Positions 41,312 to 64,000 of a stretch of DNA of 64,000 nt are shown in pieces (position 1 is the first letter of the stretch; every line of letters begins with the position of its first letter). Below the pieces are notes generated by a model. The model ran no database searches. It was not told the DNA's origin and saw only the letters and a list, made by a program, of their open reading frames with translations. The DNA lies in NCBI GenBank assembly GCA_020137815.1, contig CM035354.1, positions 5,332,001 to 5,396,000 on the forward strand, in the 5' to 3' direction. The position numbers were made by a program, and so were the translations under genes. Source of the stretch: Hormiphora californensis. Taxonomy: Eukaryota; Animalia; Ctenophora.

Positions 41312-42206
41312 AACAGTTGAATGAATATCATTAGCCATTTTCGATTTTTCTACGGATGTTTAAAATTCTTGAATCTTTTTTTGAAAACTTTGATTTTGAG
41401 TGGACACATTAACATTTAACGGCTGTAGTAAGCGGCGATTAAGCCACAGCTAGAGTTGTTTCTTGTACAGAATTCTGACCGCATGATACAGCTCTCTACA
41501 TCAGAGATGACAGATTGATAAATTATTTGAATTTCTTTGTATATTTAGATTGCTGAATGCAGTTGTAGTTATAAGATAGCTTTTTTAAAGTAGTGAGTTT
41601 CAATTTGCCATGTTGATTTACAATAACTATTATAATATTCTCAACGAGACATATTATACAATCTAGCTGGGCATAAATATTGAACTAAAAGGTAGTCTAC
41701 CACTATGCACAAGTGGTTTATAGAATTGAGCCATCTTATAACCATATGCATTTAACTTGGGTAGGAGTTATACGAGTCTATCCTCTCCAGTGTTATATTT
41801 GCATAGAAACGAGACCATTTCAATATAAACTACAGTTTCTCTTTACCTTGGCCACTGCATGCATGAGTCACCTCTAGACTCCTAACCTCTTTTCCAAAGT
41901 ACACTAGGGATCAGTTCTACCGGTATCTGTTATACACAACTCCATACAGCTGAACTCTCGTTTTTTCCCTATTGTCTTCCACATTCCTCTCTTCCTTTCC
42001 TACTCTCATCCATCTACCTCTCTTAGATCGCTTTCCTTCTTGAACTCACTTCTTCTAGCTCTCTGACTTCTTGCTCTCTGAGTCTCTGAGCACACATTGA
42101 CTGGACTCCTGGAGAGACAGCTCGCTACGAGCTAATCCTGGGCCTCCTGTTGCTCTCTCTCTCTCTCTCTCTGAGTTATACACACGTGGGTTTAACGATC
42201 TAGCTG

Positions 42207-42345
<139 letters not shown>

Positions 42346-42521
42346 CCATCTCCCTGGTCACTGTTCTTGGTATTATACTGTGATAGTTGCTCTCCCACCT
42401 CTTGTGATACTCTCGGCCTACTCTTCTCGCTACTAGGCTGTATACTACTCGTATATAATTATAGGTGCGACGGAAAACTGGGACTACTGGGTTGTGAACT
42501 TTCACAAACTCGTTGTATACC

Positions 42522-44406
42522 ATGTCACCAAAAACCAAGTAAGGAATCTTTAGGTGGCTAGGTTTGGTAGAATGTATAGAACTAATTGTCTATTTTTAGA
42601 TCGGTTAAACTACCAAGAGGCAAGGACGGTTATGGGATTGTTATACGAGAGGTCAGTTACCTATCCGTTGTTGTTGTGTTCATGTCACGCCCTCACATGC
42701 GGCCAACCAATTATCTGACTAGTTAACGAGAATCATAGTGACAGACGACACTGTCGTCACGACAGTATCACTATAACTGACACTATTCAATTATTCTTAG
42801 TTGCCTAATATATTTAATACCGCTGTTTAGGTGTTTGCAGAGGATGCCAGCAAAGCAAAGCAAGAGTTCCCTAGCAACGCGATGGTGATCATGGTCACTG
42901 AATCAGCTTCTGAAGACACCGCCAAATCGGGCATCACTTGCCGTGATTTTATACTAGAGGTAATAGGAATATCGTCATGGTACTGGCTCCACTTCGTGTA
43001 ATGTTGTAGGGAATGATGAGAAAATATTAGCTATACATTTCGTTTCATTGTTTTCAGATTGATGATAAAGACGTGCGAAAGAAATCTCTCGATGAGATTG
43101 TCAAGATGGTACGAGACAAAGAGTCTAGTTCAGTTTTATCTCTCAAGTTGGTAGCCAGAAAACCATCCATCTCTGGCGCTCCTCCATCCAAGAAGCAGGG
43201 GGCAAATGAGGACCAACCTGAAAAATCGGAAAAAGTGAGAAAGCCGTTTTTAAAATCTGTGTTTTATTCTTTAATTTGACATTTTTATCAGCTTTTTTAA
43301 ATCAAATTTTACCCCTGATCTTTTGCAGGGTGGGCGGAGGGTGCGGATCAAAGTCCTCCCCAAGTCACATTCGGACGACCTGGATCCTGATGAGGTCTTC
43401 AGGCAGATTTCAGTGGCAAACAAAGGAATTGGAGATAACGGTCCCTCCAGTAGGGGCCTGAGTGGGGGTGGGGGTAAGTCTTTCCTTTCCATTCCCAGGC
43501 CACCCTGCTGTAAATTTCTATCTCTGTGCAGTGTGCCACCGCCCACCACCACCGCTACTAATTCACTATTTTGAATTCACTATTGGAAAATTCTTTGAAG
43601 AGTATGAAGAATACAAAGATCATACTTGTAATGTTCTAACCCTCCCTTTACATTTAGGGGCGACCGAAACACAGTCTAGCCAGGCAAGATCATACAACGT
43701 TTTATTTTGTCCTCTACTTTCAGCCCAGCCAGTTCGAATACTTCCTGTCAACTGTGATGCTGCTACGATTTGGGAGCAGGCCCGGAAAATGCAAGAAAAG
43801 CGGCGGGGCAGTAGCAGTGATGTAGGGTCAAATAGCACGAGCGGGGAGTTTTTACCAGAACAGAAACCTACCAACCAGGATCCTGGGGTCTCTCTCAAAA
43901 TGGTAGATTGGTCCTTCATTCTACTAGAATTCTAGTTCTCTTTAGCACATTCAATAGAATAAATTCGATTCTAAATCACTAAATCAGTCATAGTATGAGA
44001 ATGTAGTTATCTGTTAAATCTACATATCATCTCAGTGTCGAGACCACCCCTACAAATGGGACAAGCATCAGTTGGGAGAATGGCTGAAATCTGTCTCCCT
44101 GACACATGTGGCAACTGTGTTTGATAGTAACCACGTCAATGGGGAGAACCTTAGAACTATGTGGTAAGTTGAACTTGAATATGCGTGAGAATTCCAAATT
44201 TAATTTAATTTGAATACATTGTTCATGTTATTGTTAATCAAGAAAGGATTGGATTCGTGACTTCGTTGAATCTGGAGTTTCTAATCCTTCCCCTTTCCCA
44301 CAGTAGCGACACACTTGGAGAACTGGGACTCACAGAGAAGATAGATCAGATAATGAAGGAGCTAGTTACACTTCTGGAACGATATGGAAGTGCTGCAACA
44401 CTGTAG
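42522..44406 (+). CDS. Small PDZ + SAM domain protein (about 8 exons)
   Basis: PDZ: [28 protein letters not shown]|[29 protein letters not shown]: [49 protein letters not shown] junctions; stop at 44404-44406. Confidence 0.75.
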
Positions 44407-44762
44407 CGTGTTGTGACAGTGATGAATAGACGACCACAGACTTTTTTCAGTTCCACGTTTTACACTGTAAATTACAGTTACTTAAGTGAGAGTGAGTGTG
44501 AGTCTCACTGTGAGTGTGAGACTCAAGACTTACATTTTGAACCCTTTTAAAAAGACTGTCTTGCTTTAAGAAGTTCGGACGCTAAAAACTGGCATCTACA
44601 GCTGTAGTTTGACTTCGAGTTGTTAGTAGACCCACAGGCTGATAGTGTCACTGACAGTGACCAATTTGAACTTTTAGTTTCTTTCGTAGTTGAGTATTTG
44701 CTTTTTCAATTCAATATTTTTTGCTGTTTTGACCACAAAAAGTCTTATTTTTGTAAAACTTT

Positions 44763-44807
44763 GTCTGGGTTCGAACCAGGGACCTTCTGCTTGTTATGTG
44801 AGTGTGA
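44763..44807 (-). pseudogene. Degenerate tRNA-Val(AAC)-like 3' half / SINE head
   Basis: Minus strand TCACACTCACATAACAAGCAGAAGGTCCCTGGTTCGAACCCAGAC has a B-box (GGTTCGAACC) and resembles tRNA-Val from the anticodon arm on. No intact 5' half. Confidence 0.45.
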
Positions 44808-45399
44808 CGAATTGGGAGAACGCGCGCGCCGCGCGCACCACAATTTCAACTTAAATAGTTTTGCGCGCCACGATCGTCCACCATTTCGACTTGCACAGGA
44901 GGACATTAATTATTCGTACTGTAAAGTTGCTGCGAGTGACGTATCCTTCTTTGTACTCCTACCGAATAACCATGGCCGGATTTTTCTCGATCTAACGATA
45001 GCCTAAAATGCGCATAAAATATGCAGCCGTTTCCCCAATTTGTTTGTTTCTCACCCTGTCAGTCTGACAGAAGCCGCCTCTAGCAGGAACACAAGCCACT
45101 CAATGTGATAGAAGTGGTAGCATGGGAGTTTCCTTTGTGCAATGACACTGGCAATTCGCCAACTTCTCCCAGTTCGTGTGTGCACAAAGTTTCGGGACAT
45201 TTCATATCAGCTCCACCTGTTATTGCTAGTTTTACAGTCTCGTCGTGTCCTGTGTGACTGATGACCTTGTCTATATATTTGGGTCCGTGATGATGCCCTA
45301 ACTGTTAGCCTGAAAGAGATTTCTCGCGTTTCTCTCGATCTATGCTGCATATATTCATGGTCGCTCATTGCTGCGTGTGTTCCCCCTCTCTGCGTGTGA

Positions 45400-64000
<18,601 letters not shown>

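Overview
Animal (eukaryotic) genomic DNA with short GT-AG introns and very dense (TC)n/(GA)n microsatellites. The organism cannot be fixed from sequence alone. Ten host genes lie on the + strand: a ZIP/SLC39 zinc transporter (3' end), a nocturnin-like EEP phosphatase, two intronless GK5-like FGGY kinases, RagA/B, COPB2, UFSP2, V-ATPase V0 subunit a, a small PDZ+SAM protein and the 5' part of a BAZ2A/B-like gene. The standout is a 3,544-bp Polinton/Maverick-type element (12687-16230) with AGTAGT termini, ~447-bp TIRs and a perfect 6-bp TSD (CCTCCC). It encodes a double-jelly-roll major capsid protein, a minimal penton, a protease-site/amphipathic-helix protein and a C2H2 zinc-finger protein, but no polymerase, integrase, ATPase or protease. 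It is a candidate 'capsid-only' satellite or genome segment of a multipartite polintovirus, inserted 41 bp upstream of the RagA start codon. Second, a UFSP2 intron holds an array of an unrecognised small membrane-anchored acidic protein family with coiled-coil chimeras. Several non-autonomous DNA transposons or foldback palindromes, a LINE 3' end and a possible antisense claudin-like gene are also present. Several single-base frameshifts at homopolymers and two noisy stretches suggest residual assembly error. Homology calls come from recognising motifs by eye, not from database searches.
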